A DNA stretch of 64,000 nt from Amoebidium appalachense (Eukaryota; Protista; Ichthyosporea): assembly GCA_963693365.1 (NCBI GenBank), contig CAVNZM010000005.1, positions 8,412,334 through 8,476,333 on the forward strand. The letters are read 5' to 3'. The notes beneath the pieces were generated by a model. It saw only the letters and a list, made by a program, of their open reading frames with translations. It did no database searches and was not told the DNA's origin. The translations under genes and the position numbers were made by a program. This document shows, piece after piece, positions 59,581 to 64,000 of the stretch. Numbering within the stretch: position 1 is the stretch's first letter; every line of letters starts with the position of its first letter.

Positions 59581-60500
59581 TCACGTCAGCAGAAGGTTGC
59601 CCAACTCTCACACAACTCAAGTGATGCAGGGAATGGTCAACAGCCGGCAATTCTTACGGTTAGTTGTAGACCAGGGTGTTTGTGGCACCATTGCAAAGCT
59701 GGGAAGAAGCAGTATCCATATAGCGTACTTTCGTTTATTTATTTTTACAATGGATCTACGTGCACACGGGAAAAGTGACGGAGACGAAAAACGGTACATT
59801 CACCAAAGTATACGGTAGTGCACCGATCAAGGATGCATTTATAGTCGCATGTCGACTATGGAGATCCGAAAATAGATCCGATCAGAAGGCCAAGCGGCTC
59901 ATAGTCTCTGGTCGATTTTTGCGGGCGGGGACCGAATCCAGCCTTAATTTAGGTGGAGAGCAACACCGGGCCGCGGCTAGCGCTAACGGCCGGCCCGTGG
60001 CCATGGACAGGCCGATTGCCGTGTCGCCCCCCCGAGGAGGGAGCTCGAGCCTCCTCGAGGGGGAAGCCTAGGAGGGGTTGGGTGAGGGTAGGGGGAGACC
60101 GGGCGGCGGCCAGGGGGGGGCTCAGCCTCCCACTTCTTTCAACCGTTTTGCCGGAGGCAGAGCTGATGCACGTTTGACCAATTAGCATATTGTACGTTTC
60201 TGATTGGCTACATCGGCACCATATGGCGGGGAATTCACGAGTTCATGACTCATGAATGAGGCCACGCCAACTTGTGACGTTTGGTTGCGTTAACATTTTC
60301 TTTTACATCAGCAGACTCAGTTATGGCAGAGTTCAGAAGCGTGGCTGGGGTAGCTTAACGAAGGTAGTTCTTTAATGAAAATAGTGACATAAAAATAAGC
60401 TACTTACAGGCTTATATAAATATCTTTATAGGAGAGATACATAGATCCAAGTTCGGGTACCAAGTTACTTTTCTTTTTTTGGTTCTTGTTCACCTTCTCC

Positions 60501-60705
<205 letters not shown>

Positions 60706-60752
60706 TTTGCTCTCTTCACTAGGGGAACAAATTCTCCCTTTCTCTCCCAGCC

Positions 60753-63466
<2,714 letters not shown>

Positions 63467-63553
63467 GTGTGTGTGTGTGTGTGTGGGTGGGTGGGTGGGT
63501 GGGTGGTTGGTTGGATGGGTAGGTGGGTGGGTGGGTGGGTGGGTGGGTGGTAG

Positions 63554-63614
<61 letters not shown>

Positions 63615-63700
63615 CGCGCGCGTGTGTCTGTGTGTGTGTGTGTGTGTGTGGAAGAAGGGTGGGTGGGTGTGAAAGAGGGGGGGGGGGGGGGGGGGGATGG

Positions 63701-63743
<43 letters not shown>

Positions 63744-64000
63744 TGTGTGTGTGTTTGTGTGTGTGTGTGCATCCAAGAACGTGTGGGTGGGTGCATGTGG
63801 CTGCCGGTGCTCTTTGCCTGTGTTTTTGTTTTTGTTTGTGCGAGAGAGAGAGAGAGAGAGAAAGTGTGTGTGTGTGTGTGCGCGCCCGCGTGTTGTTTGC
63901 AGGGTGTGTACATGTGTGCTGCTTTTTTTAGGTTGGGAGGGAGAAGGGAGGGGGGGATGGTTTGGTGTGTGTGCGACCGCCCTGCCCTCATGCGTCTCCA

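Larger units (their letters stand above)
56020..59943 (+). mobile_element. Kolobok-like DNA transposon (3924 bp), probably internally deleted
   Basis: TTAA on both sides (56016-56019, 59944-59947); 22-bp TIRs GGCTGGATTCGGcCtCCGCCCG matching 20/22. GG...CC termini fit Kolobok (RR..YY) rather than piggyBac (CC..GG). Transposase-like ORF inside. Confidence 0.8.

Noticed and set aside
56020-59943. piggyBac classification for the TTAA-flanked element
   Set aside because: The termini are GG...CC rather than CC...GG and the ORF lacks piggyBac features.

Overview
Eukaryotic, probably protist, genomic DNA with GT-AG introns full of (CA)n/(TG)n, (CACG)n and poly-G/C tracts; most ORFs in the supplied track are artefacts of these repeats. 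Four spliced host genes can be reconstructed by hand: a signal-peptide, Lys/Glu-rich, KDEL-ending protein (-, 2581-4709); a C2 + CRAL-TRIO/SEC14 protein (-, 13610-21642); a 6TM voltage-gated K+ channel with one in-frame TAG (-, 27119-34209); and the 5' part of an ABC1/ADCK kinase (+, 60753 to window end). About 25 kb between the divergent channel and kinase genes is a nested cluster of young transposons. It holds (i) a split-direct-repeat (A1..B1-A2-B2, PAT/Ngaro-type) retroelement encoding RT-RNase H plus an apparent recombinase N-terminal domain, but no visible catalytic tyrosine recombinase or gag; (ii) a TPRT-type non-coding retroposon and a non-autonomous LTR element inserted in it, each with a second copy elsewhere in the window; (iii) a full-length chromodomain Ty3/Gypsy element with a single TGA between gag and pol and a non-canonical primer site; and (iv) a TTAA-flanked Kolobok-like DNA transposon carrying a ~180-bp tandem array. 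Frameshifts cluster in homopolymers and may be sequencing errors. All family assignments come from motif recognition by eye, not database searches.
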